Numbered from the stretch's first letter, positions 22,295-31,951 are shown. The stretch is 64,000 bases of DNA from Planctomycetota bacterium (GCA_046048055.1 JBJOGW010000091.1:1227-65226); one strand, 5' to 3'. Notes: generated by a model not told the origin, from the sequence alone. Translations and numbers: made by a program.

Positions 22295-24347
22295 GCGCAG
22301 GCTCGGGCCGCGGGGACGCTGGTGGCGCGGACGCGGGCGCCGCCGGTGGCGCGGCAGGCGTCTCGGCGGGAGGCACTTGGGGCGATGTCGCAGGGCCCGA
22401 AGGCGGCCGGCTCTCCGGAATCGGCGCCGTTCGTGGCGAGGGCGTGACCGGCGGTGCCGGCTTCACACCCAGGTCCGGTGCCGGCGGCGCACGATCTGGA
22501 CCCATGGGCTTGTCCGATGGTCGCACACCAAGGCCCACCGATGGCTCCACTGGGGGACCCGTCTGCGGCATGCCCAGCGCCTTCAGTTGCGCCTCGGTTG
22601 CCGGATCCGCGCTCACGCTCAGGGGTTGGTTGCCCTCTTCGCCACCCACGTTCACGCCAAGTCCTCCCAGACCCGCCACGGCGTCCCGGGCGCTGGGGGC
22701 AGGCAGCACCTCGCTCCAGTCGATGCGAGCCTGGCCAAGCTGGGTGCCCGTGGCAAAGGCCAGGTCCACCAGCGAGATCTGCCAGCTCGCCAGCGCCCGC
22801 ACCTCACGGCTCTGCGCGTCACCCAGCCGGGTGGCGGCATCCAGCACCTCGATGCTGGTGCGCAGACCCACGTCAAACTGGCGCTTCTCGGCCTCGTAGG
22901 TGCGACCTGCCAGCGCCGTCTCCATGCGGGCCGCCAGGATGCGTCGCCACGCGTTCTCCAGATTGTCCATCGCGTTGAGCACTTCCTGTCGGATCGAAAG
23001 CCGGCGTGCATCGCGGGTGGCCAGTCGCTGCAGGCGCGTCAGGATCGCGCCCTGGATGCGGTTCTTGGCGGCCTCGTTGCCCAGCTGAATGCTGGCACCG
23101 GCGCCCAGCGCGTACTGATCGGCATCCCCCAGCGAACTCCACGCGTTGCCCACGTTGGTGCCGTAGCCGAAGTACTGGTAGGTGTAGTCCACCGAGAACA
23201 ACGGCAAGGCCTGGTTGCGGGCCAGGTCGATGTTGGTGGCGTCGATCGACAGCTGCAGTTCCAGTTCCAGCATCTCCATCCGGTTGTCGCTGGCCTTGGC
23301 GCACATGGTCTCGGGGTCGAACCGCAGCGACACCGGGCTGGGCGGCGTGGTCGCCTCCACATAGGTGCTGCCCTCGATGGGAAGATTCGGGTCATTCAGG
23401 ATGCGCTTCAGGTCGCGCTGCCGCAGCCGAACGGCGTTGTCGGCCAGGATGATGTTCTCGATGGTCCGGCCCACGCCACTCTCGGCACGGATCACCTCCA
23501 CCTCGGCCACCTGACCGGCCCGCACCTGCCGACGGGCCAGTTCCAACTGTGCCACCGCCAGCTCGTACTGCTGCTGACGCACCGTCAATTCCGCCGTGGC
23601 GGCGTAGAGGTTCCAGTAGGCGCGGTCCACGTTGGCCAGCACGCGGATCGCCTCGAGCTTGGTGCGGGCATCGGCGATCTGGCTGTTCAGCTTGGCCACG
23701 CGAATGCTGGCCGTGTTGGCCTCGATGCCGGCCCCGCGCAGCAGCGGCTGCGAGATGCTGAACTGCAGTCCGCCCTGGGCATCCTGCGTGCCAGGCAGCA
23801 CGCCGTCATTGATCAGGTCCTGGTTGGCCATGAGCGACTCCGCCGCCACGCTCAGGTTGCCGCCCGTCACCAGGGGCACGTTCACGCCGATCTCGCCGAC
23901 ATCCTGCGCCGCGCCCTCTCCGCCAAGCAGGTTGGTGACGATGTTCTGATCGTTGCGGTCGTAGTTCACGAAGACGCTGCTCTCGAACTTGGCCATCTCC
24001 ACGCCCACGTTGGCCTGCGCGATCGAGGGACTGAACAACTGCACCCGCAGGTCCAGGTTGCGGCGCAGGGCGCTCGCCCGGCACTCAGCCAGCGACATCG
24101 CCAGGCGCGGCGGCGGCGCGGCACCTCCCATGCGGTCCACCGACATGGCGGCGACCGCCTCCTCGACACCTTGTGGCGTCTCGGTGGTCTCCCGCAGGGG
24201 CTCGAAGGTGCCCATCTGGTGCAGCCGTTCGGCCGAGGCACCCGAGGCGGTGAAACTGTCCTTGAACAGTTCCTCCTGGCACGCCACCACGCCGCAAAGC
24301 GTCGCCGCGGAGAGCACCCAACGAACCGGTCGCCACCATCTACTCAT
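22281..24347 (-). CDS. TolC-family outer membrane efflux protein with a Pro-rich C-terminal tail
   Basis: 688 aa with a lipoprotein-like signal (LSAATLCGVVAC). It has the repeated coiled-coil/beta-barrel OEP pattern. The last ~130 aa are Pro/Ala-rich low complexity. It is the last gene of the MFP-ABC-FtsX-OMP operon. Confidence 0.85.
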   Translation of the reverse strand: MSRWWRPVRWVLSAATLCGVVACQEELFKDSFTASGASAERLHQMGTFEPLRETTETPQGVEEAVAAMSVDRMGGAAPPPRLAMSLAECRASALRRNLDLRVQLFSPSIAQANVGVEMAKFESSVFVNYDRNDQNIVTNLLGGEGAAQDVGEIGVNVPLVTGGNLSVAAESLMANQDLINDGVLPGTQDAQGGLQFSISQPLLRGAGIEANTASIRVAKLNSQIADARTKLEAIRVLANVDRAYWNLYAATAELTVRQQQYELAVAQLELARRQVRAGQVAEVEVIRAESGVGRTIENIILADNAVRLRQRDLKRILNDPNLPIEGSTYVEATTPPSPVSLRFDPETMCAKASDNRMEMLELELQLSIDATNIDLARNQALPLFSVDYTYQYFGYGTNVGNAWSSLGDADQYALGAGASIQLGNEAAKNRIQGAILTRLQRLATRDARRLSIRQEVLNAMDNLENAWRRILAARMETALAGRTYEAEKRQFDVGLRTSIEVLDAATRLGDAQSREVRALASWQISLVDLAFATGTQLGQARIDWSEVLPAPSARDAVAGLGGLGVNVGGEEGNQPLSVSADPATEAQLKALGMPQTGPPVEPSVGLGVRPSDKPMGPDRAPPAPDLGVKPAPPVTPSPRTAPIPESRPPSGPATSPQVPPAETPAAPPAAPASAPPASPRPEPAPSGG

Positions 24348-25581
24348 GCCGCAGAGCCTCGATCGGATCCAGTCGCGCGGCCTTGATCGCCGGGAACATG
24401 CCGAAGATCACCCCCACGCCCGCGCTGAACACGAAGGCCAGGGCCACGGCCCACGCGGGCACGCTGGCGTTCTCCAGCCGGGCGCCGGGAATGCTGCTCA
24501 CGGCCAGAGCAAAGGCCTGCCCGATCAGCACCCCCACCAGGCCACCCGCCAGGCACAGCGTCACGGCCTCCAGCAGGAACTGCAGCAGGATCGCCGCTGG
24601 CGTGGCACCCAGTGCCTTGCGCAGGCCGATCTCGCGCGTGCGCTCGCTCACGCTCACCAGCATGATGTTCATGATGCCGATGCCGCCCACCAGCAGGCTG
24701 ATGCCCACGATGCCGCCCGCCACCGCCGTGATGCCCGACGCGATGCTCTTGAACTGGTCGATGAACTGGTCGATGGCCTGCACACGGAACGTGTCCAGGT
24801 CGCCGGGACCGATGCCGCGCACCTTGCGCATCACCCGGGTGATGTCCGCCTGGGCGTCCTCCGCCTCCTGCGGGCTGTTGGCCATGGCCGTGAATCGGAT
24901 GAAGTAGTCCTGATCCACGAACTTCTCCATCAGCGTGTGGGGCATGAACAGCTCGGCGCTGATGGTGTTGAAGCCGGTCATGCGCTCGGTGATGGTCTCC
25001 ACCACTCCCACGATCAGGAACCGCCTCCCCCCGATGATCAGGTGCGTGCCCACAGGGTCCGCCGGAAGCTGCAGGTCGCGCACCGCCAGGTCGTTCACCA
25101 GGCACACCTGCCGGCCGTTGTCGATGTCGGTCTGCGAGAACGGACGTCCCAGGATCACCTGCCGGTTCTCGGTGGCGTGCCACGCCGGCCAGATGCCGGT
25201 CACGCTCACGCCATCCAGCGTCTCCGCATCGCTCTGGACGGTCTGGGAGGTCTCGCTGATCGGCGTGATGCCCTTGATGGTGGTGCACTGCTCCGCCAGC
25301 GCCTGGGCCTCCTCGCGCTTCAGGCGAATCTTCTGCCATGGATAGGTGTTCCGCGGCACGCCCTCCGGCCGGCTCGGCCAGACATAGATGCGCGCGGCCC
25401 CAAAGGTCTCGAACTCGGCCAGCACCTTGGTCTTGAGTCCGGTCAGGGCCGCGATCACCGCCGTGGTGCTTGCCACGCCCACGATGATGCCCAATGCCGT
25501 CAGCATGCTGCGGAGCTTGTTGGCCCAGATCTGCCGCAACGCCAGCCGCACGTTCTCCAGATAGAAGAGCGGGCTCAGCAT
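24340..25581 (-). CDS. ABC transporter permease, MacB/FtsX family
   Basis: 413 aa from ATG 25581 (MLSPLFYLENVRLALRQIWANKLRSMLTALGIIVGVAS...). It has a large periplasmic loop followed by the C-terminal FtsX helices. The ATG overlaps the ATPase stop. Confidence 0.9.
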   Translation of the reverse strand: MLSPLFYLENVRLALRQIWANKLRSMLTALGIIVGVASTTAVIAALTGLKTKVLAEFETFGAARIYVWPSRPEGVPRNTYPWQKIRLKREEAQALAEQCTTIKGITPISETSQTVQSDAETLDGVSVTGIWPAWHATENRQVILGRPFSQTDIDNGRQVCLVNDLAVRDLQLPADPVGTHLIIGGRRFLIVGVVETITERMTGFNTISAELFMPHTLMEKFVDQDYFIRFTAMANSPQEAEDAQADITRVMRKVRGIGPGDLDTFRVQAIDQFIDQFKSIASGITAVAGGIVGISLLVGGIGIMNIMLVSVSERTREIGLRKALGATPAAILLQFLLEAVTLCLAGGLVGVLIGQAFALAVSSIPGARLENASVPAWAVALAFVFSAGVGVIFGMFPAIKAARLDPIEALRHE

Positions 25582-26330
25582 CAGGCGGCGCTCCGTCGCT
25601 CGCGCACCAGCGGCCCCACGGCCGGATCCTGCTCCGCCGGCAGGTCGCTCAGGACCAGCCCGTCGCGCAGCCGCACCACGCGCTGGCAATGCGCCGCCAC
25701 GTCATTCTCGTGCGTCACCATGACCACGGTCTGCCCGTCGCGGTGCAGTTGTGCGAACAGCTTCAGGATCTCGTCGGTGGTGGTGGTGTCCAGGTTGCCC
25801 GTGGGCTCGTCCGCCATCAGGATGCGCGGGTTGCCCAGGATGGCACGCGCGATGGCCACGCGCTGCTTCTGGCCACCACTGATCTGGTTGGGCCGATGGT
25901 CCATGCGTTCCTGCAGCCCCACCCGTGCCAGGGCGGCTTCGGCCAGCTTGCGTCGCTGCCGCGCCCAGCCCCATCCCTTGCCGCGGGCGTACAGCAGCGG
26001 CAACTCCACGTTCTCCAGGGCGGTGAGCCGGGGCAGCAGCTCGAAGCTCTGGAACACGAAGCCGATCTCCTCGTTGCGCACCCGGGCCAGTTCCGAGGCC
26101 CCCAGGTTGCTCACCTCGCGTCCGCCCAGGTGGTACGAGCCCGCCGTGGGCCGATCCAGACAGCCCAGCGTGTTCATCAGCGTGCTCTTGCCGCTGCCCG
26201 AGGCGCCCATGATGGCCACCATCTCGCCAGCCTGCACCAGAAGGTCCACCCCGCGCAGCGCATGGATGGTCTCCACGCCCACGCGGTAGACCTTGGTCAC
26301 GCCACGCACCTCGATGATCGGTTCGGCCAT
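25581..26330 (-). CDS. ABC transporter ATP-binding protein (MacB/LolD-type)
   Basis: 249 aa from ATG 26330. Motifs are Walker A GASGSGKSTLMN, signature ISGGQKQRVAIARA, and Walker B ILMADEPTGNLD. Confidence 0.95.
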   Translation of the reverse strand: MAEPIIEVRGVTKVYRVGVETIHALRGVDLLVQAGEMVAIMGASGSGKSTLMNTLGCLDRPTAGSYHLGGREVSNLGASELARVRNEEIGFVFQSFELLPRLTALENVELPLLYARGKGWGWARQRRKLAEAALARVGLQERMDHRPNQISGGQKQRVAIARAILGNPRILMADEPTGNLDTTTTDEILKLFAQLHRDGQTVVMVTHENDVAAHCQRVVRLRDGLVLSDLPAEQDPAVGPLVRERRSAA

Positions 26331-26343
26331 CGAAGACGCCCGC

Positions 26344-27681
26344 CTACCGCATTCCTCGACGGCGGCCGCCACCCATGCCGGGACCCATGCCGCCTCCCTG
26401 ACCGCGCGCGTCCTCGGCCGCCCGCCAACGCGAGGCATCCTTGCTGGGGTCCTCCTCACGCACGGGCTCGCCGTCGATCAGGCGCTCGAGGGTGCGATAG
26501 GGCCCCGTCACGATCCGCTCCCCTGGCTTCAGTCCGTCCACCACCAGGGTGTCCGTCAGGTTGCTGGCGCCCGTGCGCACCGGCGTCAGCACGGCCTTGC
26601 CATCCACCACGCAAAACACCACGGGCGTCACGCGCAGGTCCCGCTGCACCAGCGGATCGTCCTTCAGCCGCTCGGGCAGTTCACTCACTGGACGCTCCAC
26701 CACGGCCTGGCTGGGCACGGTGACCCCCTCATGGCTGGCAATGTCGATGTCCACGTTGCCCGTGAGGCCGCTGAAGATCTGCCGCCCATCCAGCTTCAGG
26801 TCCACCAGCACCTTGAAGCTGCCGGTGCCGTCACGCTCGAGCGTGCGTTGCAGCGCAATCTCGGTCACCGCGCCCTCGAAGGGCTCGTTCTTGTAGGCAT
26901 TCACCCAGATCTTGGCCGGCTGCCCCACCGCCACGCGGGCGATGTCGGTCTCGGAAACCTTGGCGTTCAGGTGCATCGAGGTCAGGTCAGCCACGGTCAT
27001 GATCCGCGTGCCAGCCTGGTTCATGGTGCCCAGCAGGGCCAGCTCGCCCACCTCCGCCTCGAGCGTGGTCACCAGGCCATCGATGGTGCTCACGCTCATG
27101 GTTCGACGCAGCTGCTCCCGGACCTGCTCCGCGGATCCCTCGCTGGCTGCCAGGTTCATCTCCAGCTGGGAGATGGTCTTCTCCGCCGCCAGCACCTGAC
27201 TCTCCACGTCTCGGGCGCGAGCCACCATGTCGTCAAGCTGCTGCTGCGACACGTCGCCGGTCTGCTGCAGCGACCGCGTGCGTGCCAGGAGCAACTTGGC
27301 GTTTTCCATGGTCTGCCTGGCGCCCTCGATGCGGTTGCGTTCGGCCTCCAATCGGTAGCGGTCCGCGTCACGGCGGGCTTCGGCGCTGGCCAGGGCCGCC
27401 TGCAGGTCGCGGCCGTCCAGCTTCACCAGCACGTCACCCTTCTTCACCCGGTCGCCCTCGCGAAATGGAAGTTCCAGAATGCGGGCGCTCACCTCCGCAC
27501 TCACCTCCAACTGCTTCTTGGGCTCCACCACCCCGGGGGCAGAAACACTCTCGACCAGAACACCCTGCTTGACCTCCTGCCACCGGACTGGCGTCGAGGC
27601 ATCCTCACCGCCCGGCAGCATGAAGGCGGCGGCAAAGGCCACCGCCACAACCGCCGCTCCGATGATGATGAACTTGCGCAT
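26344..27681 (-). CDS. Periplasmic adaptor (membrane fusion protein, HlyD/MacA family)
   Basis: 445 aa. It has an N-terminal anchor (MRKFIIIGAAVVAVAFAAAF), a lipoyl-like motif (REGDRVKKGDVLVKLD) and a long coiled coil. It is the first gene of the exporter operon. Confidence 0.9.
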   Translation of the reverse strand: MRKFIIIGAAVVAVAFAAAFMLPGGEDASTPVRWQEVKQGVLVESVSAPGVVEPKKQLEVSAEVSARILELPFREGDRVKKGDVLVKLDGRDLQAALASAEARRDADRYRLEAERNRIEGARQTMENAKLLLARTRSLQQTGDVSQQQLDDMVARARDVESQVLAAEKTISQLEMNLAASEGSAEQVREQLRRTMSVSTIDGLVTTLEAEVGELALLGTMNQAGTRIMTVADLTSMHLNAKVSETDIARVAVGQPAKIWVNAYKNEPFEGAVTEIALQRTLERDGTGSFKVLVDLKLDGRQIFSGLTGNVDIDIASHEGVTVPSQAVVERPVSELPERLKDDPLVQRDLRVTPVVFCVVDGKAVLTPVRTGASNLTDTLVVDGLKPGERIVTGPYRTLERLIDGEPVREEDPSKDASRWRAAEDARGQGGGMGPGMGGGRRRGMR

Positions 27682-27783
27682 AGGGGGTAAGGTCCGGGAA
27701 CCGCCGGATGCGGTCCCCGCAGGTTACCTTGTTTCGCCCCACGGCCGCTTTGGTTGCAGCCCGCCACCACCGTTGGAAAGGAA

Positions 27784-27812
27784 AGACCCCCCGGCACAAG
27801 GCCGGGGGGTCT
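27784..27812 (-). terminator. Intrinsic terminator-like hairpin downstream of the 803-aa secreted protein gene
   Basis: Arms agaccccccggc (27784-27795) and gccggggggtct (27801-27812) form a perfect 12-bp stem with a 5-nt loop. On the minus strand a pyrimidine/T-rich run (tttcctttcc) follows. The hairpin lies 35 nt past the stop at 27847. Confidence 0.6.
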
Positions 27813-27846
27813 GATGCGTCACGCAAGTGTCAGAGACGCTGCCAGT

Positions 27847-30258
27847 TCAGGGGCAGGCTCCGAACAGGACCAGCAGGCTGCCAATGTCGCCTGAGTCCAC
27901 GAAACCGCTGCCGTCGAGGTCACCGGGGCCGCCTTCCGATCCGAACAGGATCAGCAGGCTTCCGATGTCGCCGGCGTCCACAAAGGTGCTGCCGTCCAGG
28001 TCACCCGGGCAGGCGTTCGCGAAGGTGCGACGCTGCAGGGCGAACGGGATGGTGTTGACCTCGATGGAGGACTTGATGCCGTCCGTGAAGTAGTGGGCTG
28101 CCCACCACACGTTGGCGGTGTTGTAACCAGGACGCAGGAAGTAGGCCCAACGGAACTCACCAAGGGTGCCGGTGGTCTCGCCATCGACCGTGCTGTCCGG
28201 AATGCGTCCGTTCAGCGCCAGCACCGGCTCGAACACGCCCGTCACCTCGTCGTCGCTGCCGTAGGCCTCGGGGGCCTGGGCACACGCCGGCAGGGAGAAC
28301 AGGGACGTCACGTTGATGTCCGAGTTCACGCCCCACGCGGTGATCCAGTATCGACCCGGATCCAGAGCCACGGGCTCGGCCACATCCAGCAGGAGCCGGA
28401 GGTTGCCGAAGCCGACGGCCGTGTACGCGTCACGACCATCGCTGGCCGGGGTGTAGGTGGGATCGTTGCCCGAGAACAGCACCAGGCTGCTGTCGTTGGG
28501 ATCCGCCACGGGATCGAACACGTTGTCGGTGTAGACCGAGAACGACTCGACCAGTTCACCCGTGTCGGGGTCCAGCTCGTCCGGACGGGCAAGGATCTCC
28601 CATGCGATCGCTTGCACGTTGGCGGGGGGCTGGGTGCTCGAGAAGTAGCCACCCATGGAGATGGTGTCGAAGTCACCCGCGTTCTCGATGGTGAACGGGA
28701 GCATGGTCTTGCGATACGCCCAGTTGTTGGGAGCGGTGGTGCTGTTGGCGGCGGTCAAACGACCTCCAGACGAGACACCGCCGGTTCCGTACAGGCTGGT
28801 GCCGACCTGAAGGATGTCCGCTCCGTCGTTGGAGTACATCTCCGAGAAGAAGCTGAACACCATCTGGCCAACGCTGGGATCGACGGCATTGGCACCCTCG
28901 GGGCCACCGTCGTACCAGCTGCCCACGCGAACCAGAATGAACACACCTTCGGGGGCGTAGACGATGGTGCCTTCGGACGGACCACCCACATCGGTCTCGC
29001 CGTCGCCGTCATCGTCGCACTCGTCGTCCGCGCACCCGATGTACTGATCCGGCAGGAGCGACGGATCACCGATGCCCAGGCTGGGGTTGTACGAGGGGTC
29101 GAAGAAGAAGTTCATCACGGTGTCGCCAGCAGTGCCGGTGCCGCACATGCTGATGCCGATGTTGCCGGCCGCAGGGGTCGGTCCCACCAGGTACCAGAGG
29201 TCTCGGCCCATGGGGCTGCCGCACAGGTTGACCACGTCGTTCGGGCCGTCCGTGAGGGCGCCCGTGTTGTCGAAGTCAACCACCACCGCCTCGCCAGAAG
29301 CGAGGCTGACGTACTGGAAGTTGCCCACGCAATCGTTGGGCGTCAGGCTGGCGTTGGGATCGCAGGCATACTGGAACAGACCGCAGTCCACCACGCCCTG
29401 ATCGATGCAGGACTGATCCCACTGCACGGAGCAGCAATCCGGGGCGCTCACGCACACCAGATCGCAGCAGGCCGGGTCAGCACAGCCCGGGGTGGCAGCC
29501 ACTTCGTCGCAGGGCTGGCTGCCCGTACCGCAGGCGGCATCGCCCAGCGGCAGAGCGAACACGCTCAGCGAGAAGTTGACCGGACCGTCGTACTTGGTGT
29601 TGCTGGGGCCTTCGGTCGCCGAGGTGGTGCTCTCCGCGTACCGGGTATCCAGACCAATGGCGTACTCACCGGCCGGCACATAGACGTACTCCACCGAACC
29701 GCCCGAAGGCAGTGTCGAGGTGGCACTCTCGCAGCCTCCCCAGATCTGCTGACCGAAGAACTGCGTGTTGGAGTTGTTGAAATCGTAGACCAGCATCACG
29801 AAGCGGTTTCCCACGCCCGTGTCGGAGTCATACGCCCACGGATCCACGGCGCCCGTGTCGGGATTCAGGTTGCCGACGGCACCCGTGATGATCAGTCGGG
29901 CGGGCTCGGTCAGTCGAACGCGATACCAGTCGGTATCGGAGTCGGCACCCGTAACGGCACCCGTGTCCGGATCGGTGATGAACCAACGGCCGAGCAGGCC
30001 GTTGACCTTGGCTTCCTGGAACAGGCTCAGGGCGACCGAATCACCGAATTCATCCAGGCCAAGGATTGGAGTGGCCAGCTCGATCTGGTTGTTGGGATCG
30101 GGGAAGGTGTCGGCGTCATAGGGGCCCCACTCCGCTTCGACGAGGTTGCATTCGGCATCGGAGAAGAACACACACTGGCCGTAGGCCGTGGTGCCCAGAG
30201 TCGCGGCGGTGCCGAACGCCGACGCAAGGATGAAGGTGCTCAGTCGCGGACGCATCAT
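27847..30258 (-). CDS. Large secreted protein with a PPC-like region, a Cys-rich module and two C-terminal dockerin/EF-hand-like repeats
   Basis: 803 aa from ATG 30258, with GGAGGA ~8 nt upstream. The signal peptide is MMRPRLSTFILASAFGTAATLGTTAYG. DSDTDWYRVRL resembles the bacterial pre-peptidase C-terminal domain. The C-terminus is GDLDGSTFVDAGDIGSLLILFG ... GDLDGSGFVDSGDIGSLLVLFG. Confidence 0.8.
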   Translation of the reverse strand: MMRPRLSTFILASAFGTAATLGTTAYGQCVFFSDAECNLVEAEWGPYDADTFPDPNNQIELATPILGLDEFGDSVALSLFQEAKVNGLLGRWFITDPDTGAVTGADSDTDWYRVRLTEPARLIITGAVGNLNPDTGAVDPWAYDSDTGVGNRFVMLVYDFNNSNTQFFGQQIWGGCESATSTLPSGGSVEYVYVPAGEYAIGLDTRYAESTTSATEGPSNTKYDGPVNFSLSVFALPLGDAACGTGSQPCDEVAATPGCADPACCDLVCVSAPDCCSVQWDQSCIDQGVVDCGLFQYACDPNASLTPNDCVGNFQYVSLASGEAVVVDFDNTGALTDGPNDVVNLCGSPMGRDLWYLVGPTPAAGNIGISMCGTGTAGDTVMNFFFDPSYNPSLGIGDPSLLPDQYIGCADDECDDDGDGETDVGGPSEGTIVYAPEGVFILVRVGSWYDGGPEGANAVDPSVGQMVFSFFSEMYSNDGADILQVGTSLYGTGGVSSGGRLTAANSTTAPNNWAYRKTMLPFTIENAGDFDTISMGGYFSSTQPPANVQAIAWEILARPDELDPDTGELVESFSVYTDNVFDPVADPNDSSLVLFSGNDPTYTPASDGRDAYTAVGFGNLRLLLDVAEPVALDPGRYWITAWGVNSDINVTSLFSLPACAQAPEAYGSDDEVTGVFEPVLALNGRIPDSTVDGETTGTLGEFRWAYFLRPGYNTANVWWAAHYFTDGIKSSIEVNTIPFALQRRTFANACPGDLDGSTFVDAGDIGSLLILFGSEGGPGDLDGSGFVDSGDIGSLLVLFGACP

Positions 30259-30537
30259 GTCTCGATCCTCCTCTTGAGGTGTTCGCAGTTTCTTGCCCAC
30301 CCGCCGCTCCGTCTCGGCGACGCAGCCGAGACCTGAACCGAGCGCACGGGAAGGGCGCAATCCGTCAAGATGGTCGAACCAACATAACCCCAACTTGACA
30401 CCCCGCCAAAAGCAATCTGAACAGTTCGGAATGGGTTTTCGTGACGTGGATCGGGGATTTTCGAGACCGCGGCCATCCGTACATACGGACGAAGGCGGAG
30501 ATCCTCGCCACGACAGGGCAAAAGTCTGGATCCACCC

Positions 30538-30816
30538 TCAGATACGACGAACCGTGGCAAGAAGACCTTGCTCATCAAGGCATTCCCGCAAAAACTCGGC
30601 CCGCTCACGGTGGGTCCTGAAGACCACGGATTCGCCATCATTATGGGACTCAAGCATGAAAGCGATTGCCTGTTGTGCCGGAATTCGGAGAACCTGAACC
30701 AGCACTTCGACCACCCGCTCCATGTGGTTGATGTCGTCGTTGTGAAGGATCACGCCAAAGGGCGGGAGTTGCTCCACGCGAGGCGATGCAGTCTGCGGCT
30801 CGGTCGCGATGCTCAT
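30538..30816 (-). CDS. clpS: ATP-dependent Clp protease adaptor ClpS
   Basis: 92 aa. PPFGVILHNDDINHMERVVEVLVQVLRIPAQQAIAFMLESHNDGESVV matches the ClpS core. Confidence 0.9.
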   Translation of the reverse strand: MSIATEPQTASPRVEQLPPFGVILHNDDINHMERVVEVLVQVLRIPAQQAIAFMLESHNDGESVVFRTHRERAEFLRECLDEQGLLATVRRI

Positions 30817-30851
30817 GGTTCAGTGCAGTCTGACAGGGCGTTGACGGCGAA

Positions 30852-31892
30852 TCAAGCCCCCTGCCGCCAATCCACCACGACCTTGCCGAATTGCGCACCC
30901 GACTCGAGCCGCCCGTAGGCCTCGGCCCCACGATCCGGCGGAACGACCGCGTCCACCACAGGCCTGACAAGTCCACGTTGCAGCAGGGATGTGACCGCAC
31001 GAAACTCCTCCATGGTTCCCATGGTGCTGCCGAGCACGCGGAGTTGGTTCCAGAAGACCCGGGTCAGATCCAGCTCACCCGTGGCGCCGGCGGTGCATCC
31101 GCAGGTGACCAGGCAGCCGCCCCGGGCCAGACTGCGGATGCAGGGCCCGAGCAGGCGTCCGCCGATCGAATCGATCACCACGTCCACACCTCGCTTGCCG
31201 GTTGCCGACCGCACCGCCCTGGACCAGTCGCCGCCATCATCCAGGATCCCCTCGGCGGCGCCGAGAACCTTGGCCCTTTCCAACTTGGACGCATGACGGC
31301 TGGTCACGATCACGTGACAACCGAGGTGACGGGCAAGCCCTAGTGCCGCCAGCGCCACGCCACCGCCGATCCCGGTGACCAGCACCGTCTGGCCCGGTTG
31401 CACGCCCGCACGCGTGACCAGCATGCGCCAAGCCGTGAGGTGCGTGAGCCCGAAGGCCGTGGCCTGCACGGGGTCCAGATCCCCGATCTCCAGGAGATTG
31501 GTGACCGGGGCCACGAAGAACTCGGCCATGGTGCCGGGTGTGTGCTCACCGATCATCACGATGTCCTCTCCCGCTGGGCGCTCTCCCGGCCGGGTGGCTT
31601 GTGGCTGCATCACGGCCGCATTGAGCAGGACCCGGCGACCCACCCAGGCGGTATCCACGCCGGGCCCAACGGATTGCACCACGCCTGCTCCATCCGATCC
31701 GGTGACGGCAGGAAAGACCGTGTCCAAGCCAGGAAGGCCTCGACCGACCCACAGGTCCAGGTGATTCAGGGCCGACGCCTCGGTGCGCACCAGGGCCTGA
31801 CCGGCACGCGGCTCGGGGGTGGGGCAGTCCTTGGTGAGACGGACCGCATCAGCGACCGGCGTGCCTTGACGAGTGACTTGGATGGCCTTCAT
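30852..31892 (-). CDS. Medium-chain dehydrogenase/reductase (zinc-type alcohol dehydrogenase / quinone oxidoreductase family)
   Basis: 346 aa from ATG 31892 (MKAIQVTRQGTP...EASALNHLDLWVGRG...TGSDGAGVV...). The Rossmann segment is VLVTGIGGGVALAALGLARHLG. Confidence 0.85.
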   Translation of the reverse strand: MKAIQVTRQGTPVADAVRLTKDCPTPEPRAGQALVRTEASALNHLDLWVGRGLPGLDTVFPAVTGSDGAGVVQSVGPGVDTAWVGRRVLLNAAVMQPQATRPGERPAGEDIVMIGEHTPGTMAEFFVAPVTNLLEIGDLDPVQATAFGLTHLTAWRMLVTRAGVQPGQTVLVTGIGGGVALAALGLARHLGCHVIVTSRHASKLERAKVLGAAEGILDDGGDWSRAVRSATGKRGVDVVIDSIGGRLLGPCIRSLARGGCLVTCGCTAGATGELDLTRVFWNQLRVLGSTMGTMEEFRAVTSLLQRGLVRPVVDAVVPPDRGAEAYGRLESGAQFGKVVVDWRQGA

Positions 31893-31951
31893 GAAATGAA
31901 TGTAACGCCGGGGGGAACCGAAGCTGCCGCCGGCACGTCCGTAGCATTCGC

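Noticed and set aside
22170-26289. Long plus-strand ORFs (738 aa and 766 aa) antisense to the tolC/FtsX/ABC genes
   Set aside because: These are low-complexity Arg/His/Gly/Gln-rich translations. The minus strand encodes proteins with Walker, FtsX and OEP features.
28093-30336. 747-aa plus-strand ORF antisense to the 803-aa secreted protein
   Set aside because: It has no motifs. The minus-strand frame has an SD, a signal peptide, a PPC-like motif and dockerin-like repeats.
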